A stretch of DNA of 64,000 nt, taken from Thermodesulfobacteriota bacterium. Its GTDB lineage: Bacteria; Desulfobacterota_D; UBA1144. The notes beneath the pieces were generated by a model, which worked only from the letters and a program-made list of their open reading frames with translations, was not told the DNA's origin and made no database searches. A program made the translations under genes and the position numbers. The DNA is taken from assembly GCA_036340075.1 (NCBI GenBank), contig JAYYZJ010000004.1, forward strand, positions 8,614 to 72,613. Direction: 5' to 3'. This document shows, one piece after another, positions 10,698 to 20,172 of this stretch (position 1 is the first letter of the stretch; each line of letters starts with the position of its first letter).

Positions 10698-11426
10698 ATG
10701 AGAATATTATTGACAAATGATGATGGTATACATTCAGAAGGTATTTATATCTTACAGGATATACTTTCAAAATTTGGTGAAACAATAGTAGTCGCTCCAT
10801 CTAATAATCAAAGCACAAAAAGTCATGCTATAAGTCTTAGTGTTCCATTAAGAGTAAGGGAATTTGATAAAAATAAATATTCCGTTCTTGGTTTACCCGC
10901 GGATTGTGTCAACTATGCAATAAATAGCAAATTAGGAAAGAAGAAGTTTGATTTAGTTGTTTCGGGAATAAACAATGGTGCTAATATGGGAGATGATATA
11001 AATTATTCAGGTACTGTTGCAGCTGCAAGAGAAGGCTTTTTGCATGGTATAAATTCTATTGCACTATCAATAGCTAACAAGAAAAATCCAAAATATAAAG
11101 ACTGTGCAATCTCTTTCGAAACTATTCTTTCAAAAATTTTAAAGAAGAGATTAAAATCATTTTTCTTCAACATTAATTATCCAAATATTAATTATAATAA
11201 AATCAAAGGTGTTAAGATAACAAAACAAGGAGCTAGGGCGTATGGTCAAAAAATTGTCTCAAAGAAAGATCCGAGGAATAATGAATATTTCTGGATTGGT
11301 GGTAATGACTTAAGCTATATGGCAAAGAAGGGAACTGATATTCATGCTGTCAGAAGTGGATTTGTTTCGATAACTCCACTTATAACAGACTATACAAAAT
11401 ATTCGGATCTCAATTTAAAATTATGA
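10698..11426 (+). CDS. surE: 5'/3'-nucleotidase SurE
   Basis: ILLTNDDG, VSGINNGAN, YSGTVAAARE. Confidence 0.95.
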   Translation: MRILLTNDDGIHSEGIYILQDILSKFGETIVVAPSNNQSTKSHAISLSVPLRVREFDKNKYSVLGLPADCVNYAINSKLGKKKFDLVVSGINNGANMGDDINYSGTVAAAREGFLHGINSIALSIANKKNPKYKDCAISFETILSKILKKRLKSFFFNINYPNINYNKIKGVKITKQGARAYGQKIVSKKDPRNNEYFWIGGNDLSYMAKKGTDIHAVRSGFVSITPLITDYTKYSDLNLKL

Positions 11427-12007
11427 TAGATAAATTAACTCAACAAACTTTAAAGTTCGCCACTGGATTTAAAGGAATAGTTATTATGGCTATAGTTTCT
11501 TTCACAGAGGCAGTTTTTTTTGTAATCCCACCCGACCCTTTTTTAGGGCTACTTTGTATTAAGCAAAGCTACAAAAAAGTCCTTAATCTTACTTTAATTT
11601 GTCTTGCTGCTTCTATTTTTGGCGGATGCATAGCATATTTCCTTGGTGATGAGATTGTTCAATATTCGATAGCAAATAATATTACTCCTATTACAAAGAA
11701 TTTAGACAAATTAGATTTAATAAAAGAAAAAATAAATGAGGACACCTTTTTATTGATGATTTTATCCGGATTTACTCCTCTGCCTTTCAAGATTTTCTGC
11801 ATAGGCGCAGGCATACTTAACGCTAGCTTTATTCCTTTCTTGATAGGCTCAATTATAGGTAGGTTTCTTAGATTTGCTCTAGTGGGATATTTAGCTAAAG
11901 AATTCGGCGAAAAATTTATGAATATATTAAAAAGTAAAAAAGTTTTATACCCAACCATTGCTCTTATGGGTATTCTAGTTATATATTTTATTTATAAATG
12001 GAATTAA
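11423..12007 (+). CDS. YqaA/DedA (VTT domain) membrane protein
   Basis: SFTEAVFFVIPPD, GFTPLPFKIF, GRFLRF; hydrophobic. Confidence 0.85.
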   Translation: MIDKLTQQTLKFATGFKGIVIMAIVSFTEAVFFVIPPDPFLGLLCIKQSYKKVLNLTLICLAASIFGGCIAYFLGDEIVQYSIANNITPITKNLDKLDLIKEKINEDTFLLMILSGFTPLPFKIFCIGAGILNASFIPFLIGSIIGRFLRFALVGYLAKEFGEKFMNILKSKKVLYPTIALMGILVIYFIYKWN

Positions 12008-12507
12008 AAAAATATATTAGAGACATACCAGATTTTCCAAAAGCAGGGATTCTATACAGGGACATAACTCCCCTACTAGAAGATCATGAAGCTTTTACCT
12101 ATGTAGTCAACCAGCTTTCTGAGAACATACCTGAGAGTGTTACATCTATCATTGCACCTGAATCTAGAGGTTTTATTTTTGCGTCAGCTGTTTGCTATAA
12201 AGCAAAAAAGAATCTAGTGCTTGTTAGGAAAAAAGGGAAGTTACCATTTAAAACATTTGAAATTGATTATGAATTAGAATATGGAACTGATACTTTTCAA
12301 ATTCATACTGATTCAATAGAAAAAAACTCAAAAGTTGCCATTATAGATGATTTACTAGCAACTGGTGGGACGATATCTGCTATTGAGGATTTGTTAGAAA
12401 ATTTTAATTGTAAGATACTTAATATATCCTTCGTAATTGAGCTAATTGGCTTAAATGGAAGAGAAAAGATTGCTTGCAAGGAGATAGACTCTATAATCAA
12501 ATACTAA
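11998..12507 (+). CDS. apt: Adenine phosphoribosyltransferase
   Basis: IPDFPKAGILYRDITP, ESRGF, RKKGKLP, DDLLATGGT. Confidence 0.96.
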   Translation: MELKKYIRDIPDFPKAGILYRDITPLLEDHEAFTYVVNQLSENIPESVTSIIAPESRGFIFASAVCYKAKKNLVLVRKKGKLPFKTFEIDYELEYGTDTFQIHTDSIEKNSKVAIIDDLLATGGTISAIEDLLENFNCKILNISFVIELIGLNGREKIACKEIDSIIKY

Positions 12508-13595
12508 TGGAAATAATAGTTAATCAAAAATCTACTTCTAATAATTACAAAATAAAATTTGTAGAAAAAACTAATAGATTATTTGGAATAAGAATTACAA
12601 AATATCAAAAGGTTGCTATACTAACTGACAATAATCTATACAAAAGCTACGAAAGATATCTAAAAATCAATAATATTCTTTTAATCAAAGTAAGTCCTGG
12701 TGAATTATCAAAGTCTATTGAAACAAAAGTTTATATTGAAGATTTATTGTTTAAGAATGGGTTTAATCGTAAAAGTTTAATAATTGCATTCGGGGGTGGT
12801 GTCATAGGAGATCTTGGTGGCTATGTAGCATCTACGTTCATGCGCGGTATAGATATAATACATGTCCCAACATCATTAATTTCTATTGTTGATAGCGCCA
12901 TAGGAGGAAAGACCGGAATTGATAATAAATTTGGAAAAAATTTAATTGGTACTTTTTATAATCCTAAAGAGATAATTGTAAACAAGAATTTTTTAAAAAC
13001 GCTTCCTAAAAAAGAGATTAGACAAGGGCTAGCAGAGATAATAAAGTACGGAATTATTCAAGATAAATCATTAATACGTTTACTAGAAAATATTGAAGTT
13101 GATTTTATAAAAAATACAAGAAGGATTCAAGACGAAATAATTAAAAAGTGTATAAACATAAAAGTTAAAGTAGTTAGAGAAGATTTCAAAGAAAGCAACA
13201 AAAGAATGATTCTAAACTTTGGCCATACGATTGGTCATGCAATTGAGAAATACTACAAATATAAAAAATCTCATGGTGATTGCATTGGAATCGGAATGCT
13301 AATAGAATCAAAAATTGCCACGGATATAGGAATTCTGTCTGAAAAGGATTACTCTAAGATAAAGAATATCCTATTAAGATTTAATCTTCTATCGCTTAAA
13401 CTAAAACCTACTTCATCAAACAAGCTTATTGATAATATGAAATTAGACAAGAAGAATAAAACTAACAAGATAACTTTTGTATTACCAGAAGCGATTGGGA
13501 AAATAAGAAAATGGTCTAATTCGTATTCTATAGAAATCCCCGAAAAAATTATTACAAAATCAATAAGAAATGCGCTTAATGAAATTAAAAATTAA
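12507..13595 (+). CDS. aroB: 3-dehydroquinate synthase
   Basis: GGGVIGDL, DSAIGGKTG, AEIIKYG, LNFGHTIGHAIE; ATG overlaps apt stop (TAATG). Confidence 0.95.
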   Translation: MEIIVNQKSTSNNYKIKFVEKTNRLFGIRITKYQKVAILTDNNLYKSYERYLKINNILLIKVSPGELSKSIETKVYIEDLLFKNGFNRKSLIIAFGGGVIGDLGGYVASTFMRGIDIIHVPTSLISIVDSAIGGKTGIDNKFGKNLIGTFYNPKEIIVNKNFLKTLPKKEIRQGLAEIIKYGIIQDKSLIRLLENIEVDFIKNTRRIQDEIIKKCINIKVKVVREDFKESNKRMILNFGHTIGHAIEKYYKYKKSHGDCIGIGMLIESKIATDIGILSEKDYSKIKNILLRFNLLSLKLKPTSSNKLIDNMKLDKKNKTNKITFVLPEAIGKIRKWSNSYSIEIPEKIITKSIRNALNEIKN

Positions 13596-14175
13596 TCAGT
13601 TTTCAAGATATTTGATAGACCCTTCGCTGTCCTCTTCATTAAAGAATTTTACAAAAGGCAGAAGCATATATCTCGATATAGGCTGCGGAGATGGTGAATT
13701 TGTTACTGAATTAGCTGAGAAATATCCAAAAAAATATTTTGTTGGAATTGAAATCAAATATGGAAGAATAATAAAATGTCTTAAAAAGGCAAAATTAAAT
13801 AAAAATCATAATTTACGATACATGCTAGCAGATGCAAGCATAATGCTAAATCAAATAATACCTCCAAATTCAATAAATAAGATATTTATCAATAATCCGG
13901 ATCCCTGGCCAAAAGAAAAACATGAAAAGAATAGAATTTTAAACAGTATGTTTTTCACTGTTCTACATAAAGCACTAAAAAGAAGAGGATTTCTATACAT
14001 AAAAACCGACGACAGAGGATACAAAAGTTTCATAGAAAAAGAAATATCCAAATCACAATTTAAAAAAAACAATAATCTAACTAGATTTGACAAATCACTT
14101 CCATTAACTAAATTTCAAAAATTATATTTGAATAACAATAAAAGAATCTATAGTTTTAAATTAGAAAAATTATAG
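13570..14175 (+). CDS. trmB: tRNA (guanine-N7)-methyltransferase
   Basis: DIGCGDG, GIE, PDPWPKEKH, KTD, TKFQ. Confidence 0.9.
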   Translation: MRLMKLKINQFSRYLIDPSLSSSLKNFTKGRSIYLDIGCGDGEFVTELAEKYPKKYFVGIEIKYGRIIKCLKKAKLNKNHNLRYMLADASIMLNQIIPPNSINKIFINNPDPWPKEKHEKNRILNSMFFTVLHKALKRRGFLYIKTDDRGYKSFIEKEISKSQFKKNNNLTRFDKSLPLTKFQKLYLNNNKRIYSFKLEKL

Positions 14176-14871
14176 TTACATATTTTTTAAAAATATTTCA
14201 AAAGTATCTTCTCTCAATTGATCTATGGATTCTTTTTTGTCTTCATAAGAATCAACATAAATTTCTGGGAGTATTTCGATTTCTATCTTTCCTGGCTTAA
14301 TCAACAAGGAACCCTTTCTTACTATTTCACCAGAACCTCTAATTATCATTGGCACTATATTAGTATTAGTCTTTTTCGCGATATAGAATCCGCCATTCTT
14401 AAAATCAATTAATCCTGGGTTAGGGTTTCGTGTTCCTTCTGGAGCTATAAAAACAATTTTGCCTTTTTTTATTTTTTTTAACATCTTCACAACTTCTCTT
14501 CTATCATCAAAAGATCCATCTCTTGATACAAAATAATGGTCCATAATTTTTACAGTTTGACCAAAGAAAGGAACTTTTAATAATTCTTTTTTCATCATCG
14601 CTCTCCAATCATATTTCATAAATGATGCAAAAGAAAAAATATCAAACATGCTTTTATGGTTATACATTACGATTAAAGGTTTATTCTTTATATTTTCTAA
14701 TCCTTTTACTTTAAGTTCTACATTACAACTTAATATTATTAGCTTCCCCCATATTTTCACTATTGTCTTATTAGCGAATTTAGGAGAGAAAATTGAAATT
14801 GCCGCTGCTGGGATAGCTAAGAATACTGTTAAAAAGGCTATTATGAACCATCTTATATATGAAGATATCAT
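14176..14871 (-). CDS. plsC: 1-acyl-sn-glycerol-3-phosphate acyltransferase
   Basis: NHKSMFD (HX4D), APEGTR, FKNGGF. Confidence 0.87.
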   Translation of the reverse strand: MISSYIRWFIIAFLTVFLAIPAAAISIFSPKFANKTIVKIWGKLIILSCNVELKVKGLENIKNKPLIVMYNHKSMFDIFSFASFMKYDWRAMMKKELLKVPFFGQTVKIMDHYFVSRDGSFDDRREVVKMLKKIKKGKIVFIAPEGTRNPNPGLIDFKNGGFYIAKKTNTNIVPMIIRGSGEIVRKGSLLIKPGKIEIEILPEIYVDSYEDKKESIDQLREDTFEIFLKNM

Positions 14872-14961
14872 TATAAAATCATAATAAATAAGTTTTTTTT
14901 TTCAATTAATTTGATATAGACTAAATTTTCAATAGAATACTATAGATATTGGAGGGGTCTA

Positions 14962-15981
14962 ATGATAATAATCCTTAAAAGCACGGCAACGAAAGATGAT
15001 TTAGAAAAAATTATTGAATCTGTTAAAGAGTATGGCTATAAAGCTGAAGTAGTTAAAGGCGAATCTAAAACAATTGTAGGGGCTGTAGGAAATCAAAAAG
15101 AAAAACAACAACATATGAATTTAATAGGACAGCTACCTGGTGTTGAATCCGTTGTTCCTATAATGCAACCTCATAAGCTTGGAAGTCGTGAATTCAAAAA
15201 TGATGATTCCTCTTTTGCTGTAGGAAACACAACAGTTGGCGGAGAGACCATTACGATAATTGCTGGTCCTTGTTCAGTTGAATCAGAACAACAAATATCA
15301 GAAATTGCTGAAGCTGTAAAAGCAAGTGGTGCAACAATTTTAAGAGGTGGTGCCTTTAAACCAAGAACTTCACCTTACACGTTCCAAGGGATGGGAGAAG
15401 AAGGACTTAAGCTGCTTAGAAAAGCTGGTGACATGGTAGAACTTCCAATAGTCACTGAAGTTTTAGATGTCGAGGATTTAGATCTAGTTTGCGAATATAC
15501 TGACATGATTCAAATTGGTGCAAGAAATTGTCAAAACTATGCTCTTCTAAAAGCTATAGGAAAAAGTAATAAACCAGTTTTATTAAAAAGAGGTATGTCT
15601 ACTTCTATTAACGAATTTTTATTATGTGCAGAATATCTCCTAGCGGAAGGCAATATGAATGTAGCACTATGTGAAAGAGGTATAAGAACTTTTGAAACAG
15701 CCACAAGGAATACTTTTGATATTAATGCTATTCCGGTTCTGAAGGAAAAAACTCATTTACCAATAATAGCTGACCCAGCTCATGGTACAGGTTATTGGCA
15801 ATATGTTTCTCCGATTGCATATGCATCAATTGCTGCTGGAGCAGATGGTTTAGCAGTAGAAGTGCATAACAAACCTGAAATTGCGCTTAGTGACGGTGGC
15901 CAATCCTTGAAGCCAAAAAAATTCCAAATAATGGTAGATAAATCTAGAATTATTGCTGAAGCAATAGGAAGAAAGCTTTAA
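14962..15981 (+). CDS. aroF: DAHP synthase type I-beta with N-terminal regulatory domain
   Basis: IAGPCSVE, RGGAFKPRTSPY, QIGARN, LCERGIR; SD GGAGG upstream. Confidence 0.95.
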   Translation: MIIILKSTATKDDLEKIIESVKEYGYKAEVVKGESKTIVGAVGNQKEKQQHMNLIGQLPGVESVVPIMQPHKLGSREFKNDDSSFAVGNTTVGGETITIIAGPCSVESEQQISEIAEAVKASGATILRGGAFKPRTSPYTFQGMGEEGLKLLRKAGDMVELPIVTEVLDVEDLDLVCEYTDMIQIGARNCQNYALLKAIGKSNKPVLLKRGMSTSINEFLLCAEYLLAEGNMNVALCERGIRTFETATRNTFDINAIPVLKEKTHLPIIADPAHGTGYWQYVSPIAYASIAAGADGLAVEVHNKPEIALSDGGQSLKPKKFQIMVDKSRIIAEAIGRKL

Positions 15982-16592
15982 GAGTCATCATCAATAAAAA
16001 CTCTTCTTCCATCTATTCTTTGTACTTTATTTTCTGATAATATTCTTATTGCTTTTGGTAAAATTTCATGTTCTTTTTCATGTATTTTTGTTAACAAGGT
16101 TTCCTCTGTATCGTTTTGTAAAACTTCTACAACTCCTTGTAAAATAATTGGTCCAGTATCAATACCATCGTCAACAAAATGTACTGTGCAACCTGCAAAT
16201 CTTGCTCCATAATCAAGAGCTTGTTTTGGTGCATTTAGTCCCGTAAAAGCTGGTAGCAGAGAAGGATGCAAATTTATTACTTTTTTCTCATATTGTTGAA
16301 TAAAAAATGGAGAAAGAATTCTTTTAAATCCTGCTAATACAATTAAATCAAGATTCAGATTATTGATTTTCTTGATAATCTCTTTTTCGAAATCTTTCCT
16401 AGATTCAAAGCCTTTGTGAGAGAGTAGTATAGAATCAATAGAAAGCTTTTTGGCACGTTCTAAAACTTTTGCACCTTCCACATTGCAAAACAGTAATGAA
16501 ACTTCTACATTCGGTATTTTGGCCTTAACTATTGCTTCAAAATTAGTGCCACTACCAGAGGAAAAAACAGCAATTTTAAAAATCTTGGACAT
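15978..16592 (-). CDS. purN: Phosphoribosylglycinamide formyltransferase
   Basis: SGSGTNF, LAGF, NLHPSLLP, GCTVHFV, DTGPII. Confidence 0.96.
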   Translation of the reverse strand: MSKIFKIAVFSSGSGTNFEAIVKAKIPNVEVSLLFCNVEGAKVLERAKKLSIDSILLSHKGFESRKDFEKEIIKKINNLNLDLIVLAGFKRILSPFFIQQYEKKVINLHPSLLPAFTGLNAPKQALDYGARFAGCTVHFVDDGIDTGPIILQGVVEVLQNDTEETLLTKIHEKEHEILPKAIRILSENKVQRIDGRRVFIDDDS

Positions 16593-16606
16593 AACAAGAA
16601 CACTGA

Positions 16607-16721
16607 TTAGGCGGCTACCTACTTTCCCAAAACTTCATGTCTCAGTATCATCGGCCTCTGAGGACTTAACTGCCGGGTTCGGAATGGAACCGGGTGTACC
16701 CCCTCCAGTTTGACCGCCTAA
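16607..16721 (-). rRNA. rrf: 5S ribosomal RNA (unlinked, single copy in window)
   Basis: Minus strand has terminal helix TTAGGCGG..CCGCCTAA, CACCCGGTTCCATTCCGAACCCGGCAGTTAAG, GCCGATGATACT and GGGAAAGTAGG, all typical 5S elements. Confidence 0.95.
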
Positions 16722-16729
16722 AGGATACA

Positions 16730-16757
16730 ATCATAAACAAAAATATATTCTTGTCAA
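16730..16757 (-). promoter_or_regulatory. sigma70 promoter of the 5S rRNA gene
   Basis: TTGACA (16757-16752), 16 nt, TATGAT (16735-16730). Confidence 0.75.
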
Positions 16758-16763
16758 TAAAGT

Positions 16764-18107
16764 CTATTCTAAATAGTTAAGTACAGGGGATTTTCTTAAT
16801 TTTTTAAGTTTTTTTAAAGCTTTCAGTTCAATTTGCCTAATTCTTTCTCTAGTAACATTAAACATGTTTCCGATTTCTTCCAACGTAAATACCTGATCTT
16901 CGTCAATACCAAATCGTTTCTTTATTACATCTTTTTCTCTTTGATTTAGTACCTTTGATAGAGAATCATTAATGATTTCTTTTAATTCAACGCTTTCAAA
17001 AAACTCGTACTGAGATGGGCTTGCATCATCTTTAACAGAATCTAAGAGAGTTTGATTTGCATCATTCTCGCTAACAGGAGCATCTAAAGCGATAGGATCT
17101 TTTGTTACTCTTAAAATCTTTTCAATTTTATCAATATCAAAATTTGATTTTTCAGCTAACTCCTCAGATGTTGGTTCTCTACCTAGTTGTTGCACTAATT
17201 GCCTTGAAATAGAGAATATTCTATTAATCTGTTCAGTCATATGTACTGGTATTCTAATAATTCTAGCTTGATCTGCTAGGGCACGAGTAATCGACTGTCT
17301 AATCCACCAAGTTGCATAAGTAGAGAATTTATATCCTCTTCTATATTCGAATTTTTCTACAGCTCTAATCAATCCAATATTTCCTTCTTGAATTAAATCT
17401 AAGAAAGGAAGACCTTTGTTGATATATCTCCTTGCAATACTTACTACTAATCTTAGATTTGACTCTACAAGTTTCTTCTTTGCAGTTATATAATTTAATT
17501 TTGCTCTATGAAATTCATTTGTTTCTATTGATTTAGTCTTTTTCTTTTTCATGTAAACATAAATTTTATTTAAAATCTCACGATTAAATTCAATCTCTAG
17601 CAATTCTTGATTTAACAAATCTTTGTCTTTTTTTGAAATTTTCTTTTTCTTTAAGATGTCACTTATTGTTTCTGAAAGATTTCCAGTTCTTCTGTTTGCA
17701 TAATCACTCATTCTTTTCTTATTATTTGGTTTATCAGTTTCATCAAAACCAAAAGAATCTGTATTTAGATTTTTAGCAAGATAACTCTCTAAGAGTATAG
17801 AAAGTATTTTAATATCTGTAATCATAGATGAACATAATTTTGTTTTTGCATTACTGAGCTTCGATGCTACTTCAGTCTCTTCTGTTCTATTGAGCAGTGA
17901 ATGAAAGGCGATAGAGTTAAGATAGCTTTTAACTGAATCTTCTGCGTGATCACTTGTAGTTTGTATATTACCAACAATCTTGCCACTATCTTTTTTTCTG
18001 TTCCTTCGTATTTTGATTTTTGGTAGAACTTTTGAAACAAATTCCGGCAAAAAGTTCATAGCAACAATTAAATCATTCTTTTTTGTTTCTGTTTGAACAT
18101 TAGTCAT
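16764..18107 (-). CDS. rpoD: Primary RNA polymerase sigma factor
   Basis: [48 protein letters not shown]; downstream of dnaG. Confidence 0.92.
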   Translation of the reverse strand: MTNVQTETKKNDLIVAMNFLPEFVSKVLPKIKIRRNRKKDSGKIVGNIQTTSDHAEDSVKSYLNSIAFHSLLNRTEETEVASKLSNAKTKLCSSMITDIKILSILLESYLAKNLNTDSFGFDETDKPNNKKRMSDYANRRTGNLSETISDILKKKKISKKDKDLLNQELLEIEFNREILNKIYVYMKKKKTKSIETNEFHRAKLNYITAKKKLVESNLRLVVSIARRYINKGLPFLDLIQEGNIGLIRAVEKFEYRRGYKFSTYATWWIRQSITRALADQARIIRIPVHMTEQINRIFSISRQLVQQLGREPTSEELAEKSNFDIDKIEKILRVTKDPIALDAPVSENDANQTLLDSVKDDASPSQYEFFESVELKEIINDSLSKVLNQREKDVIKKRFGIDEDQVFTLEEIGNMFNVTRERIRQIELKALKKLKKLRKSPVLNYLE

Positions 18108-18145
18108 GCTAAATCTCTGGAATATAATAAAAGTTCTATTGTAAC

Positions 18146-19906
18146 CTATTTTTTAAGCTTTTTCTCTTCTTCGATTAAAACTTGTAATTCACTTAACAAT
18201 TGTTTTTCTTCTTCTGTTTCTAATTGTTCATTATTGTTTAATTTTAAGCTTATTTTTCTTTTCTTATTCTTGATTGTATCAATCTTATTTTTTTTGATAC
18301 AATCATTGATAATTTGCATATTGATTGAATCTGTATCACCAATTTTATAAGCATTGAACAGGAGGCTTGTTATATAATTTCTTAACTCTTCATTGTCTGT
18401 ATTATTTATGAGCTCTGACGCTTCTAGTTTAAGATTTTTATCGATGAATTGAAGAGTGCTTATAAAATCATCAGATTTAAAGAGTAATGTCAAATTATAT
18501 AACAGCTCTTTCTCTCTTAATCTTGGGTTCTCTATTAAAATTTTTAAAATTATATCATCAGGGGTTAAATTATTCTTTTTGCTTTCCTCGTTTTCACTAG
18601 CACTTGATGGTACTTGTTTGTAGAATATTTTCTCAAATTCAATTTTAGATATTCCAAAAGTTGAAACAAATTTATTAATAGAAATATCTGCCTGTATTCT
18701 ATCTTTCATGTATTTAATCTTCGAAACAAAGTCATTAATAAGTTCATTAATTGAAATATCTTTATCCATAAATTGTTTCTTCAAAAAATTAATATACTCA
18801 TCAATAATTAATGTGGATTTTCTAGCTTTATCTAGAAAGACTTTTGTGCTAAATTTCTCGATGAAAGAGCATGGGTCATGGTTGTCTTCTAGTCTTAACA
18901 TATAAACCTCGATGCCTAATTGATAGAGTGGTTCGATATTTTTAAAAGATGCATTTATACCAGCATCATCGGAATCAAAGCACAAAATAACTTTATTAGA
19001 ATATTTTTTAATTTCGTTTGCATGTTCAATTGTTAGAGCTGTCCCCATTGTTGCAACAACATTATAAAGATTGTATTTATTCATCATCATTACATCTGTG
19101 TATCCTTCTACTATAAAAATATAATTTGATTTACCTCTTTTTAGATTTGAGAATTTATCTATACCATAAAGGACCTTTCTCTTAGAGAAGATTTCGGATT
19201 CATGAGAATTAATGTATTTCGGGGGTTCATCAGTAATTGACCTACCAGCAAAACCTAAGACTTGGTTTTGTCTATTCTTTATTGGAAACATAATTCTATT
19301 ACGAAAAAAATCATAAAGCTTCCTTTCCTTTTCTTTTTTTACAATCAGTCCGAGTTTGATTGCCATCTCCATATGTTTCTCATTTTTATTTAAAAATGAA
19401 ACAAGAAAATCCCATTTGTTAGGAGAAAAGCCAAGATCATTCTCAAGGATATCTTTTTTATCAAAGCCTCTTTCTTTCAGATATGCTAATGCATCTTTGC
19501 TATTTTTACTCTTCAACAAAAATTCATTGTACAGTTTAGATATATGTTCATTAATTTTGTAAAGCTCATTTTTAAAACTTAAGTCTTCTTTGAAGTTGGT
19601 TTTTGATATTTTAATTTTAATATTAAAAAAATCACAAATTTCATCAATTGCTTCAGAGGAATTTAGATTCTTGAATTCTTTTACAAAGGTAATGAGATTC
19701 CCTCCTGCTTTACAAGAAAAACAATGATAAAGTCCCTTGGAATCATTAACCGACATTGAAGGATTGGTGTCATCATGAAAAGGACAACGAGTAAGAAAGT
19801 TAGAACCAGACTTTTTAAGTGGGGCCCAATTCTTTTCTATGTATTCTACAATAGATGTTTTATCTAAAAGATTACCGAAATCGGTGTATTGCTCATTTGG
19901 TGGCAT
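18146..19906 (-). CDS. dnaG: DNA primase
   Basis: CPFH..CFSC Zn finger, [33 protein letters not shown]. Confidence 0.96.
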   Translation of the reverse strand: MPPNEQYTDFGNLLDKTSIVEYIEKNWAPLKKSGSNFLTRCPFHDDTNPSMSVNDSKGLYHCFSCKAGGNLITFVKEFKNLNSSEAIDEICDFFNIKIKISKTNFKEDLSFKNELYKINEHISKLYNEFLLKSKNSKDALAYLKERGFDKKDILENDLGFSPNKWDFLVSFLNKNEKHMEMAIKLGLIVKKEKERKLYDFFRNRIMFPIKNRQNQVLGFAGRSITDEPPKYINSHESEIFSKRKVLYGIDKFSNLKRGKSNYIFIVEGYTDVMMMNKYNLYNVVATMGTALTIEHANEIKKYSNKVILCFDSDDAGINASFKNIEPLYQLGIEVYMLRLEDNHDPCSFIEKFSTKVFLDKARKSTLIIDEYINFLKKQFMDKDISINELINDFVSKIKYMKDRIQADISINKFVSTFGISKIEFEKIFYKQVPSSASENEESKKNNLTPDDIILKILIENPRLREKELLYNLTLLFKSDDFISTLQFIDKNLKLEASELINNTDNEELRNYITSLLFNAYKIGDTDSINMQIINDCIKKNKIDTIKNKKRKISLKLNNNEQLETEEEKQLLSELQVLIEEEKKLKK

Positions 19907-19916
19907 TTATATTAAA

Positions 19917-20111
19917 TTATTTGGATATTCGTTTTTTCTTATTAATTCTTTTTTTTGCAGCAAAAAGCTTTTTTTTCTTAGTTTCGCTAGGTTTCTCAAA
20001 ATATTCTTTTTTCTTTGCATCAGACAGTACCCCACCCTTTTCTACTTGACGTTTAAATCTTCTAAGAGCATTCTCTAGGTTCTCATTATTTCCTACATAT
20101 ATACCAGGCAT
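19917..20111 (-). CDS. rpsU: 30S ribosomal protein S21
   Basis: [25 protein letters not shown] 7 nt before ATG 20111. Confidence 0.94.
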   Translation of the reverse strand: MPGIYVGNNENLENALRRFKRQVEKGGVLSDAKKKEYFEKPSETKKKKLFAAKKRINKKKRISK

Positions 20112-20134
20112 AAGCACTCTCCCATAAGGTAGAA

Positions 20135-20163
20135 AATTTATATTAGTATTAATTTAAAGTCAA
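20135..20163 (-). promoter_or_regulatory. Putative sigma70 promoter of the rpsU-dnaG-rpoD operon
   Basis: TTGACT, 17 nt, TAAATT. Confidence 0.55.
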
Positions 20164-20172
20164 GAAAATGAT

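Noticed and set aside
16450..16713. 87-aa plus-strand ORF
   Set aside because: Antisense to purN and the 5S rRNA; shadow ORF.
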